Origin: Octopus vulgaris
Lineage: Eukaryota
Reading direction: 5' to 3'
DNA length: 64,000 bases
NCBI GenBank assembly: GCA_951406725.2
Contig: OX597817.1
Location: 57,722,001 to 57,786,000, forward strand
Every line of letters begins with the position of its first letter. The first letter of the stretch is position 1. The translations under genes were made by a program, and so were the position numbers. Of this stretch, positions 25,529-37,008 are shown piece after piece. The notes beneath the pieces are model-generated. The model was given only the letters and a program-made list of their open reading frames with translations, made no database searches and had not been told where the DNA came from.

Positions 25529-25775
25529 CTACAAAAAAGGGGAAAAATAACGAGAAAAACAAAAAATACAGAATCTGAAATTATATAATATAATTACATG
25601 CACACACATACATACATATGTTCTTAAATGTACACACAAACAAATTATGTACTTAGATGTAGACACATACATATTTAAATACATACACAGTATACTTAAA
25701 TACAAACACACACACATGCACATACAAGAAACTATACACAAACACATTAACGGTATGAAAAGAAAATGTACTTAC

Positions 25776-25831
25776 GTCTGGAAAAGAGGACAACTCCATT
25801 GGTCAGTGCTTCCAAGTGTTGTGACTTTTAA
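25776..25831 (-). CDS. Candidate internal exon, 56 nt (LKVTTLGSTDQWSCPLFQ)
   Basis: TCTTTTCAG acceptor and GTAAGT donor; only frame 0 is open, matching the phase-0 exon at 30302-30370. Confidence 0.5.
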
Positions 25832-26091
25832 CTGAAAAGACAATAGCAATGATGGTGATAATCCTTTGTATTTTAGGAAAAAGGCCAGAAATTTCCAGAG
25901 AGGAAGCTGGTTGATTACTTTAACTCCAGTGCTCAACTGGTATTTGTTTCATCAACCTCAAGAGATTGAAAGGCAAAGTCAACCTTGGTGGAATGTGAAC
26001 TCAGAATGTAAAGACATGGAATGTTGCTTATCATTTGTCCAGCATGCTAACAATTCTGCCAGATCACTGTCATGATAATAATGATAATAAT

Positions 26092-26486
26092 AATCTTTTC
26101 TACTTTAGGCACAAGGCCCAAAATTTTGGGGGAGGGAGGCCAGTCGATTAGATCAACCCCAGTATGCAACTGGTACTTAATTTATCAACGCCGAAAGGAT
26201 GAAAGACAAAGTTGACCATGGCGGAATTTGAACTCAGAATATAGCGGCAGACGAATTTCTTTACTACCTACAAGGGGCTAAACACAGAGGGGACAAACAA
26301 GGACAGACAAATGGATTAAGTCGATTATATCAAGCCCAGTGTGTAACTGGTACTTATTTAATCGACCCCGAGAGGATGAAAGGCAAAGTCAACCTTGGCG
26401 GAATTTGAACTCAGAATGTAAAGACAGGCAAAATACTACTAAGCATTTCACCTGGCATGCTAACGATTCTGCCAGCTCACCACCTT
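26092..26486 (-). mobile_element. Dimeric tRNA-derived SINE
   Basis: Two cores in tandem with different tails; same layout as 34103-34500. Confidence 0.8.
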
Positions 26487-26590
26487 TAATGATGATAATA
26501 ATAATAAAAAGTGCGCTTGCTACTCTTGGCCTCCAGAGGATGCCTGGTACTAAGGCAGCTGAAATAAAGTTATAATGAAAGGAAAGCATA

Positions 26591-26628
<38 letters not shown>

Positions 26629-27510
26629 TGGTAGTAAATGGTCAACCTCAGATAAAGTTTGGCTTGGAATGATGAAAAACAAAACTAGTAAGAAAGGGTG
26701 TAAAAAGATGGAACTAAATATTATCCAAAGTAATTGCTTCCTTACTCCATTGATTCAGTCATAGTTACCCCACTCTTCAAAGGGGTAACATTGATCAATG
26801 GGTCTTGTGAAGGGTGGGTGGGCTGCAACGGTGTAGCGGTGGGGACAGTCCACCCCAAGTGATGCTTTTATAGGTGTTGCACAATAGAGTGTGCTAAGTC
26901 TTATAGTGTTGAGGGTCTGGGGACCCCTCATTTATGGGTTTGATAGATAAGCCTATATTGGGTGTATTGAAATGAAGGTGTGGCATATATTAAGGGACAT
27001 GTTATGAATAACTGCTCAGGGTGGGAAGGTAAACTTCAGGGTTGCTGCTCTGGGTAGTACACTTTCCAGCTACACCACTGATGGGATAAAAGAAATAAAA
27101 ACAGGAAAAATAGAAGACAAACTGTTTAACAAAACAAAGATGGTTTTTAAACATTAAAAAAAATTTCCCCCAACACCATGGTAGTGGAAAAGGAAGAGTT
27201 TTATGGATATAAATTGTATTTTGTATCCTCATTAAGGGCAACTGATATGCTGGTGGCGTTGGTGGTAGAGGCAAGTGGTTGTCAGTGTGAGAACCATTCA
27301 CATAGATAATGTTGATTATGATGAAAATTGGTGATAGTTCTGATGCTAATGATGATAGTGATGATCAGTGAGGAGTAGGGTTAGGATCAACTGACATGGC
27401 CCCTAGTATATTACTGGTGAGAGACAATGTGCTGTTGAACACTCTGCAATGTATATCTCGTCTTCAGCACTATTTATTTGTAAATAAGAACCATGAGGAG
27501 GTACAGTTTA

Positions 27511-27672
27511 CTACTGTGCCTCGTCCACATTACAGTAAAATCTTAGAATAGCAAAGTAAAGCTTCACTGCTGTAAACAGTAGGAGCACTGAATATTGAAG
27601 GAATGTTTTTACAAGTGCTGGGTGTAGGCTGTAGTCATTGAGAAAGCAAAAGAAAACCATTGATAGATTTTC
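27511..27672 (-). CDS. Candidate alternative terminal exon (may be non-coding)
   Basis: TTTACAG acceptor, frame 0 open to TAG at 27511, AATAAA at 27473-27478. Confidence 0.3.
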   Translation of the reverse strand, partial: ENLSMVFFCFLNDYSLHPALVKTFLQYSVLLLFTAVKLYFAILRFYCNVDEAQ

Positions 27673-27914
27673 CTGTAAATATTTACAGAAAATAGTGAAG
27701 TCTTCAGTTATGTCCCAGCAAGTTATTAATTGGTTCCACTTCATCATCGTCATCATTCAAAGTCTGCCTTCCATGCTAGCATTGGTTAAATGGTTCAACA
27801 GGAGCTGGCAAGCCAGACGACGACACTGAGCTCCGCTCCAATGTCTATTTTGATATGGTTTCTATGGCTGGATATCCCTCTTAATGCCAAACACTTTACA
27901 GAGTGTACTGTCTA

Positions 27915-27964
<50 letters not shown>

Positions 27965-28034
27965 CAATAATAATAAAGGGTAAAATTAAGTAGTATTTGG
28001 CATGTTAAAAGGACCATTTTCGGTAAACTTAAAC

Positions 28035-28182
28035 AATATTTTTTTATAATTATGAGTATAATTATAATTAGGGTTCAGCTAAGTTTTTTTTTTTGCTGCT
28101 ATTTCTAAAGTTCGGTATTTGGTTAAGCAAATTTTTTGCTGAACCCTAATTATAATTATACTCATAATTATAAAAAAATATT
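28035..28182. repeat. Inverted repeat, 45-bp arms, between (TA)n tracts
   Basis: 28035-28079 is the reverse complement of 28138-28182. Confidence 0.9.
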
Positions 28183-28212
28183 ATATATATACAAAGAGGG
28201 AGGAGAGAGAGA

Positions 28213-28256
<44 letters not shown>

Positions 28257-28766
28257 CAGAGAGAGAGATGTATGTATGTGTATATATATATTTATATATA
28301 TAGAGAGAAAGAGGTCTGTGAGTGAGTGTACACACACACACACATCCTTAATGATTTCAAATTTTTGCCCCAAGGGCAGCTTGCAGAGGAGGGGTTCAGT
28401 TGATTACATAGACCCCTGTGTGTAACTGGAGCTTATTTAATTGACCCTGAAAGGATAAAAGGCCAAGGCGACCTTGGCAGAATTTGAACACAGAGTGTAA
28501 AGACAGATGAAATACTGCTAAGCATTTTACCCAGCTTGCTAATGATTCAGCCAGATCACTGCCTTACACATAAGCATAAAAGATGTTACAATAGATTTCA
28601 GTCATTTACAAAGATACATTGCTTCATGGAGGTGTCAAGTGCCAGGAAATGACTTGGGAAATAAGATGATGACATATGTTGATGAAATATATGAACTGGC
28701 TTCATTTGGGACATCCTGGTAGTGTTGACCAAGATTGGTCCCATATTTAACGAAGCTTCAATTACC

Positions 28767-28946
28767 TATTTCTTTACTGCCCACAAGCGGCTAAACACAA
28801 AGAGGACAAACAAGGACAGACAAACGGATTAAGTCGATTATATTGACCCCAGTGCATAACGGGTACTTATTTAATCGACCCCGAAAGGATGAAAGGCAAA
28901 GTCGACCTCGGCGGAATTTCAACTCAGAACGTAGTGGCAGACGAAA
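28767..28946 (-). mobile_element. 5'-truncated SINE with 19-bp TSD
   Basis: TSD TAA(C/T)GAAGCTTC(A/G)ATTACC at 28748-28766 and 28947-28965. Confidence 0.9.
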
Positions 28947-29588
28947 TAATGAAGCTTCGATTACCATTGACATCTTGTCTTGCTAGAATATCAGGTGAAA
29001 TATACAATGATGCTTGGTTGTTCCAGCACCTCAACTTCAAAAATCACCTATAGTTATGTAACAAGGGTTTGGGTTTTTTTTCAAAATTCTTAGTGGGAAA
29101 CAATATTCCCTGGGACAGTGAATAATTGAAACAGAGTACATTCCTTTTTTATTTAAAAAAAATCCCAGTTAATTTTTACCAATATTATCTATTTACATTT
29201 AGAAAAGTTCTTTTGTAGATCAAATAGCAGCTACATGATTAATTAACCTTGCCTGAAAATTATGTAAAAAATAAAAATAATCAAAGGAATTCACTAAATG
29301 TTAGATAAATTACTTTACAAAGGATTCTGATAATCTTTAGATGAGGATGTTGATCTACTTGGAGTGGTAACATCCAAGCCACACAGAAAATGGTTTCAAT
29401 TGAGCTTCATAAAAAAGTAAAGATATACTGATCAGAAAGTAATTTTTGCCTTTACACTTTCAATTTTCTGGGAAAACACATTTTCTTTTAATACACTATA
29501 GTAATGTTTAGAATATTTTTGAAATCAGTAAAGTTTTTTCCAAAAACTATTGTAGTCCTTGGAGGAATACAACATTCTCAGAGGAGCA

Positions 29589-29621
<33 letters not shown>

Positions 29622-29938
29622 AAAAAACAAATTTCAGAAACAAAAAGAGTTCAACAACCTCCATGTTTCATCTTAAAAAGTGGTGCTCTTATATAAAATT
29701 TTAGCTACCTGGGGAGGGAGGAGATAGCAAAACTGTTGTTTACAATTTGGAATATATTTACATTAATTTTTATATATTATTAAAAATAATATTTTACATA
29801 TCAAAATTATTAAAATTACCTTTTTCTTATCCAGCTTACTCTTTTTTTTATGTCCCAACTACCCCCACCACACATACGTCAAGCTCTAGGAACAGTGTAA
29901 AGTCAACCTTAGTCAAATTCAAGCTTAAATCTATAAGG

Positions 29939-30098
29939 TGAGTTCAAATTCCGCCGAGGTCGATTTTGCCTTTCATCCTTTCGGGGTCGATAAATTAAGT
30001 ACCAGTTACGCACTGGGGTCGATGTAATCGACTTAATCCATTTGTCTGTCCTTGTTTGTCCCCTCTATGTTTAGCCCCTTGTGGGTAGTAAAGAAATA
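29939..30098 (+). mobile_element. 5'-truncated SINE with 12-bp TSD
   Basis: TSD AAATCTATAAGG at 29927-29938 and 30099-30110. Confidence 0.9.
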
Positions 30099-30301
30099 AA
30101 ATCTATAAGGGGGCGAAATACAATTGAATTAATAAAGGGATGGGTAATTTTTTTTTTGTAAGAGAGCTACATTTATTTATTTTTCTTTCCCGTTCGAGAT
30201 CGGTTCAAACTGATGATGACATGGATATGCGAAACATAACAAGAATACAACACAGAAGTATGAATGAAAAAAGGGCATAAATAAGATACAAAACAGTATA
30301 C

Positions 30302-30370
30302 CGTTTGAGCAGCTGGTTGGAATGGTTGCTTCACCGTCTGCACCACGTTCACGTTAGAATGATTTGTCAT
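30302..30370 (-). CDS. Candidate first coding exon MTNHSNVNVVQTVKQPFQPAAQT
   Basis: ATG at 30370 downstream of a pyrimidine-rich leader and promoter-like motifs; ACG|GTATAC donor (weak), phase 0. Confidence 0.4.
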
Positions 30371-30689
30371 CTAGACTTATCTCCCCTACATGCTTCCTTA
30401 CTTTGCTGCCAAAATATTTATTTCATTTATCTTTTTGCCTTCTCTTCCCAAAACCCTCAGAAGAATTTAAAGAAAATGAAAGGTGGAGAAGGAGGGAAAG
30501 GAGGAGGAGAGAGAAAGAGTAACGTAGGAGTAGGAGGAGGGTGAGGAAGAGTGAAGGAGGAGGAGGGAGAGGCAAGAGTGGAGTAGGAGTAGAAAGAAGG
30601 TGTGAGATAGTGGAATAGGAGGCGGAGGAGGAGGGAAGGCACCAGGACGAAGTGTAAGTTAAGAATTTCGTAAAGGTTTTGAATGGTTG

Positions 30690-30730
30690 GAATATGGCTC
30701 AGTTCCGGCTTGCGTTGCTGACGTAAATTG
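30690..30730. promoter_or_regulatory. Promoter-like motif cluster (YY1-like AATATGGC, ETS-like TTCCGG, CRE/ATF-like TGACGTAA)
   Basis: Three motifs within 40 bp of CpG-containing, apparently non-repetitive DNA next to a long GA tract (30478-30640). Confidence 0.45.
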
Positions 30731-31031
30731 TGGGCAACAGAAAGAGGTAGTCATAGGAACGTTTGTTTCTCTCTTTTTTATTATTATTAGTATTTTTATT
30801 TTCTCATATTAATGCACATGGTTTTGTTGTTGTTGCTTTCATTTCTCGTATTCCATTCTGCACTAAACCGAAGTCAACGACCTGCAATGAGTTAACTATG
30901 ACAAACACGTATAAAGGTCAGAGGAGTGTCTTTCTTCATTCATTCATTTATCAAAATAGAAACTTTCCCTCACTTATCATTTGTTTTCATTCATTAAGAA
31001 TGTAAAGGACGACTAAGGGACAACATGCATG

Positions 31032-31132
31032 GGTACTACTAGCGAACAGTGGTCCCGGTGCGCGCACCCGCGCTAGCTAGTCGTAAGTAGTCGATCCTAC
31101 AACGACTTTTTAACCCTAACCCTAGTAGTACC
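31032..31132. mobile_element. Merlin-like MITE, 101-bp deletion derivative
   Basis: GGTACTACTAG...CTAGTAGTACC termini; perfect 8-bp TSD CATGCATG. Confidence 0.85.
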
Positions 31133-31881
31133 CATGCATGTCCCTCGGCTGAAAATATTTTGTGTTCGTATTTAAGTTAGTGCTTTAGTTTTGTGGGGCA
31201 GAGATAGTGAACAGCACTTCGCAGTACATTATTCCAACAAGGACCCCTCGACTTCAAAAATAGTAGCTAAACCTCCTTATTATATCTATGATATCGCCAA
31301 TCTAAAAACCGAACCATCTCAATCTGAAAATAAATATATAAAAAAAGGAGCAACATGTTGGACAACCATCTCAGTCTGGTTTTCTGACAGCAAGCTAACT
31401 CAGAGAACTCACTTGTGGGCCCTCTTCAACCTCACACAAACCAGATCACTGACGAAAGAATGTAAAAGACCCTAAGCGCAACTATCTCTGGTCTCGATGA
31501 GTTACATACCTGCTTCTCAAACGTGGCAGGCATTCCTTTACCAGTCAACAATAGGTCTGTTCGGCGGGAGTTTACCTAGACTCAGATTACTTGAATGAAT
31601 GAAAGAGACAGGTTTAAAGGGTTCCATAATAATGGTAGGGTCTTTTGTTAGCCGCTCTCCACCATATAGTGAAATTCGCATTCTACAATTAAATGGTGAA
31701 AGCGGTCTTCAGACTCACCACAACAACAGAGATCCCAGGTCTAGCCTAAACGCATGCAACAGAATGGCCTTCGCTGTTGAGGCATCTAAGAGACAAATTG
31801 TGATGAGTTGTAGTTGAAATCAGGCGAACAGAAACGGTTTCTCCAGAGGGCTTCAACGCAGTTTCCTGTCTACCAAATTTC

Positions 31882-32374
31882 GGCGAAGGTAAAGAATACG
31901 CACACCACCCGTTTTTATGGTTAGGTTAGGGTTACGCCGAAAACGTGTGGTGTGTGTATTTAAATAATGATAATAATAATGAAATTATTGTATACAGTGC
32001 TCAGGTGCCCCACAACTTGTCAAAAGTGCGTATAAAGCATATGCAGTAATGTACAAATGTCTGGGAAGTGACCAGTGTATGAGTCAGATACATGCTTGCT
32101 TGTGTGCATGGAGGGGAGAAAATCAGGTGTAGTGTTGGCGAATCTCAGAAAGCATGGAAGTTTTGAAGGATGCAGTGCTACGACAACTAACAACTGATGC
32201 CGGCAGTTTGTTCCATGCTTCAGCAACTTTTAGCGTGAAAAAATGTTTCCTGAAGTCATGGGAGCTGTGCTGTTTTCTGACTTTGTAAACATGTCCACGG
32301 GTGTTAGACAGATGGAGTTTGAAAAGGTGCTCAGAGTTATTGTTTGTAAGATGGTTAATAATTTTACCTCCGCC
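31882..32374. mobile_element. GG-terminated MITE (Merlin/MULE-like) with 9-bp TSD, interrupted by CR1
   Basis: TSD CCAAATTTC on both sides; TIR GGCGAAGGTAAAGAATACGCACACCAC versus the split right TIR; GGTTAGGTTAGGGTTA core. Confidence 0.75.
31961..32362 (-). mobile_element. CR1 LINE 3' fragment
   Basis: KIINHL..SNTRGHVYKVRKQHSSHDFRKHFFTLKVAEAWNKLPASVV..SFK; (ATT)n tail. Confidence 0.9.
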
Positions 32375-32442
32375 CCAAATTTCATCTACATCTACTAAGC
32401 GTTGGTCAGTACAGGGCTATAGCAAAAGACATTTGTCCAGAG

Positions 32443-32757
32443 CAGCATTTTTCAAACTGTGGGTCGCGACAAAAAAGAAGGAAAGAAAAAGAAAACGCAG
32501 CGGGTGCAAAGTGCAGAATATAAACAACTCTAAATGTTGCACAGCATTCGCAAATAAACTCTAGTTTTACCGATTTCTCCCATGACAAAGTCAGGCTTTA
32601 TCAATCAAAACATAATGGGACATGTGAATTTATTATACATATACAAAAAGGATGTTATCGCAGTCAAAATAACTTGGTTTTGTCCAAGGCATGGGTCGCA
32701 ATGCAAAACGTGGTTCTTGTGGGTTGCAGCAAAAAAAAAAAAGTTTGAAAAACGCTG
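32443..32757. mobile_element. hAT-Charlie-type MITE
   Basis: CAGCATTTTTCAAACT / AGTTTGAAAAACGCTG; 8-bp TSD GTCCAGAG/GACTAGAG. Confidence 0.8.
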
Positions 32758-32848
32758 GACTAGAGTGCTGCTTGTTGGAATTGAACTTGACATCTTACCT
32801 GCACCCGTTTTAACATTTGGTTTTTAAATTTCCCTTCTTAGGAAACTG

Positions 32849-33247
32849 GGTACTACTAGCGAACAGCGGTCCCGGTGCGCGCATCCGCGCTAGCCAGTCG
32901 TAAGTAGTCGATCCTACAACGACTTGCGCATATGTTTGTATTTCAAGGCTGAATACATATCAAAGGAAATTAAATAATATTTTTCGAACAAAGTAAATAA
33001 TTTTTAAACTAAGAAAACAAATTATTTTTATAAACAATGTATATAATTTTTTTTTACACAAATTAAATATTTTTCGAACAAAGTAAATAAAACGCAAAGT
33101 AAATAATTTTTTAAACCAATTAAATAAATTATTTTTATAAACAAACTAAGGTTAGGGTTAAAAAGTCGTTGTAGGATCGACTACTTACGACTAGCTAGCG
33201 CGGATGCGCGAGGTCGCGCACCGGGACCACTGTTCGCTAGTAGTACC
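32849..33247. mobile_element. Merlin-like foldback MITE
   Basis: ~78-bp TIRs starting GGTACTACTAGCGAACAG; perfect 8-bp TSD GGAAACTG. Confidence 0.9.
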
Positions 33248-33831
33248 GGAAACTGCTTTTCCTTTCCTATATTTAGTCCCTTTTATTCTGATAGGGTAGA
33301 TTTATGTTCAAAAGCTTTCATGTCGTGGCTACCCTGCCTTGTTTTCAAGAATACTCTATTTGCCCTTTCCTTTGCTTTTTAAAGATAGTATGGGGTGATT
33401 TGAAGGAGACTTTGGATGCTATTTCAAATAAGTCGCATATAAATTTGGCAAACAATTTCCCACGTTGGCAGGTGGAAACATATTGAGCCACTGAACGATA
33501 AAAAGACTGCACTACAACCTTCTGAATGACGGAAGGTTTCGCTTCGAAATTAATATGAACCGTTGGGATAGCAAGTTCGCTTGCTTTGTTATTCTGGGGA
33601 AATATTTATAGAATTGTTTTTCTTATAAGATCTATGAAAACGACTAATGGTAACTAATCAACGAACTTTATTAATCCTCTTAAATATATATGAAACTTTA
33701 TTTTCAATCCTTAGATATTTCGAAAACGCGAAAACTAAAACCATAAAGTATATTATCATGCAACTGACCTCACAACTACTTTCTAAAATTTCTGGCCTTG
33801 TGCTAAAATTTGAGGCCATTACTATTATCTG

Positions 33832-34050
33832 AGGAGGCGAGCTGGCAGAATGGTTAGCATGTCGGGCAAAATGCTTAACAGCATTTCACCCATCGCTACG
33901 TCCTGAGTTCAAATTCTGCCGAGGTCGACATTGCCTTTCGTCCTTTCGGGGTCGATAAAATAAGTACCAGTTGGGCACTGAGGGTCAATATAATCGACTT
34001 AACCCCTTCCCTGAAATTACTGGCCTTGTGCCAAAATTTGAAGTCATTAT
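33832..34050 (+). mobile_element. tRNA-derived SINE monomer
   Basis: Head GGCGAGCTGGCAGAA, B box, core and (ATT)n tail. Confidence 0.85.
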
Positions 34051-34102
34051 TATTATTACCATTATCTTAATATAATTTGTTGTGATGTTATTATCGTTAG
34101 CT

Positions 34103-34500
34103 AAGGCGGCGAGCTGGCAGAAACGTTAGCGCGCCGGGCGAAATGCTTAGCGGTATTTCGTCTGCGTTACGTTGTGAGTTCAAATTCCACTGAGGTCGAC
34201 TTTGCCTTTCATCCTTTCGGGGTCGATAAATTAAGTACCAGTTACGCACTGGGGTCGATGTAATCGACTTAATACCTATGTCTGTCCTTGTTTGTCCCCT
34301 CTGTGTTTAGCCCCTTGTGGGTAATAAAGAAATAGGTATTTCGTCTGCCGTTACGTTCTGAGTTCAAATTCCGCCGAGGTCGACTTTGCCTTTTCTCTCT
34401 TTCGGGGTCAATAAATTGAGTACCAGTTGCGTACTGGGGTCGATCTAATCGACTGGCCCTTTCCCCTAAAATTTCAGCCTTGTTCCTAGAGTAGAGAAGG
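34103..34500 (+). mobile_element. Dimeric tRNA-derived SINE
   Basis: Full monomer ending AATAAAGAAATA, then a restart at GGTATTTCGTCTGCCG with the alternative tail. Confidence 0.85.
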
Positions 34501-34917
34501 ATATTAATATTGAGTCTGTAAAGGGTGGAACAGAACGTAGCACTCTGTGCAGTAATTAATTTCGTTGATTTATGACAGGGTTCAAATCCTACCAGTTATC
34601 TTCGACATTGCACTTTATTCCACCGTTTGTCTACAGGAACTATTTAATTAATATTCAATAAAATCAGCTGCTCCAACACAATAACTGTGTATATATGTGT
34701 GTAGGTACAAATTTTATATTGTAATAGAAATTTATAGATCAGGATATACCTAAACCCAAATAACATAGTTGGCAGAAACGACTGCAGAACTTTCGATTAG
34801 CAATAAAGGATAATAATTTCATTCTAGTGATGCTATTTATTATAATAGTAAAATAAAATGCGACAGCGAAAAACAAACCAAAACCGTTTATGTTGATACT
34901 TCTGCGGTTGCTTAGAC

Positions 34918-35184
34918 CAATGCTTCTCAAACTATTTGGTGTGGCGTACCGGCAGTTGTTTTTTTTACCCACCCAATGTGCCAGGGACCGGTAATATTTC
35001 TTAGTAATATTGAATTATACCGGAAACAATATATATAATGAATATAATAAAAGTTGACAGTTTTTTTTTAACCTTATATTTTATTTTGTAAAGAAATAAT
35101 ACAATATTACATAAACATTTTATAATGTTTCTTTTCTGCCACGTACCGGCACCGATGTCCGCGGACCACCATTGAGTAGCACTG
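34918..35184. mobile_element. hAT-Charlie-type MITE
   Basis: CAATGCTTCTCAA / TTGAGTAGCACTG; TSD GCTTAGAC/GCTTAGAT. Confidence 0.85.
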
Positions 35185-36054
35185 GCTTAGATGGCGGGTG
35201 TTGTGGAACATTTCAGGGTGGGAGTGTCTTGTATGACTGGGTACCTAGTTTAAATGTGCTTTGTAAAGTCTCTTTAGCTTTATAAATATTTGAAGTGGCA
35301 TCCATAGAGTGTAATCAGTGAATCAAAGATATTCTCTCTTTCGGTAAATTTAAGGCGCGATGTCAATCGACAACTAAAATACCAGTCAAGGGTAGCGGAG
35401 CAGCTAAATTGTTATCGGGTCGAACTAGATGTTTCCCAGTATTTATTCCAGTTATTTGCGTTGTGTGTTCAAATCCAGCCATGGATTACTGGGGAGGGCA
35501 GGGAGCAGGCTAAATCCGTCGCTTGGTTCGTCCATCACCTTTATCGGGGTGAAGTCTGTTGCAAGGATTCAGTCCAATTCCCACTTTAACGATTCTTCCT
35601 TCTTTCTCCGCCAGTTATACAGGTCTTATAAAGGGTCATAGGCAAGTCTTTCTCTCTTGACAGTAACAACAACAATTTCAAATTTTGACCAGCAATTTCG
35701 GGTGAGGAGGAGGAAGATGGTCGATTACATCGCCCCCGGTGCTCACCTGGTACATATTTTATCGACCCTGAAAGGATGAAAGGCAAAGTGGTATTTGAAT
35801 TCAGATCGTAAAGTCGGAAGAAATGCCGCTAGGTATTTTGTTCGTAGCAGTAATGATTCTGTGAGCTAAATGATTCTTGGTTTTTACGCGAAACTGATTG
35901 AGTTGTTTAACTGATAAAAATGTAAACTTCTCATTTTCCGATTTGTAATTGAATGATACAAAGTTCATTAATTAAGCCCAACACCAGCGTCTATTTAAAA
36001 TGCAGGGCTAACAAACCGACCTGAAAAGGAACAAAGTACAAAATAATAATAATA

Positions 36055-36520
36055 AGGTTATTACGTACATTGTTTTGTCTTGGTATAAAAGATGGTCTAC
36101 AGCAAATATTCTGCTCAATACCACAGGTTTACTTGTCAGTTGTTTGACTTTAACCAGTTGAGCATGTCCCTTGGTGTCTGACGATATGAGAGGAATTCTT
36201 TGGAGATTGAATAATTCATTTCTTGAAACATGGGTGTTTCGTTCATCATCCTTAATCCTCTTTTGGGGACCTTTTGAGTGGGATGGGTTACTCAACCTGA
36301 ATAAAATTCTAACTGGGCCCCACCTGCAAGGTCATGTGGTGTTTATCTTGATATGAGATCACCATGTCGCGCACATATGGTTGTGTTGCATGTGCCTGGT
36401 GTACCCTTGTCAGACGGGTAGTCATGATGGGTATACTGGGCTTCGTATAATTGTACCCCAGTGTCACTTTGATGGCGTGCGCTACTCTCTCACTCAATAA
36501 TAATAATAATAATAATAATA
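36055..36520 (+). mobile_element. (TAA)n-tailed interspersed repeat (same family as 7603-8095)
   Basis: Sequence shared with 7603-8095, with an internal deletion. Confidence 0.75.
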
Positions 36521-36790
36521 CGGCAATGGAAAATGAAGAAGATAAAGATAGTGCCAATTATTGTTGGGTCCTTGGGAACAGTATCAGACAGTATCAAAAG
36601 GAATATCGATGAAATTGGAATAGAGTGCTCAGTGGAGCTGTTACAAAAGGTTTGCCTCCTTAGCACGGCCAGAATAACCAGGAAAGTGTTAGCTGAAAAG
36701 AATGGATAGCATGGTACCGTAGGCTGCAGGTAGTAAGCCCGCTACACATGCAAGACTCCAGGAGCTCCGACAAAACCCGTGATAAAGAAA
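36521..36790 (+). mobile_element. R4/Dong-clade LINE 3' fragment (RLE C-terminus)
   Basis: WKMKKIKIVPIIVGSLGTV..LLQKVCLLSTARITRKVL; begins directly after (TAA)n, the known Dong target. Confidence 0.8.
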
Positions 36791-36793
36791 AGA

Positions 36794-37008
36794 GGTACTA
36801 TTTAAGAAGAGTGGTCCCGGTGCGCGCACTCGCGTATTCGCGCATCCACGCTAGCTAGTCATGACTAGTCGATCCTTACTTTGTTTTAGAATATTATTTA
36901 TTTTTGTGTTTTATTTACTTTGCTAGAGTAGTCGTAGTAGGCTACTAGCTAGCGCGGATGCGCGAGTACGGGAGTGTGCGCACCGGGCCACTCTTCTTAA
37001 ATAGTACC
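36794..37008. mobile_element. Merlin-like foldback MITE (related subfamily)
   Basis: TIR GGTACTATTTAAGAAGAGTGGTCCCGGTGCGC / GCGCACCGGGCCACTCTTCTTAAATAGTACC; TSD degraded. Confidence 0.82.

Noticed and set aside
30209-30240. CTGATGA...CGAAAC hammerhead-like motif
   Set aside because: Helix II does not close next to the core, and no helix I or III can be formed
34103-34190. tRNA genes at SINE heads (also 3629, 37557, 41050)
   Set aside because: A/B boxes run into shared SINE bodies and tails; no complete cloverleaf
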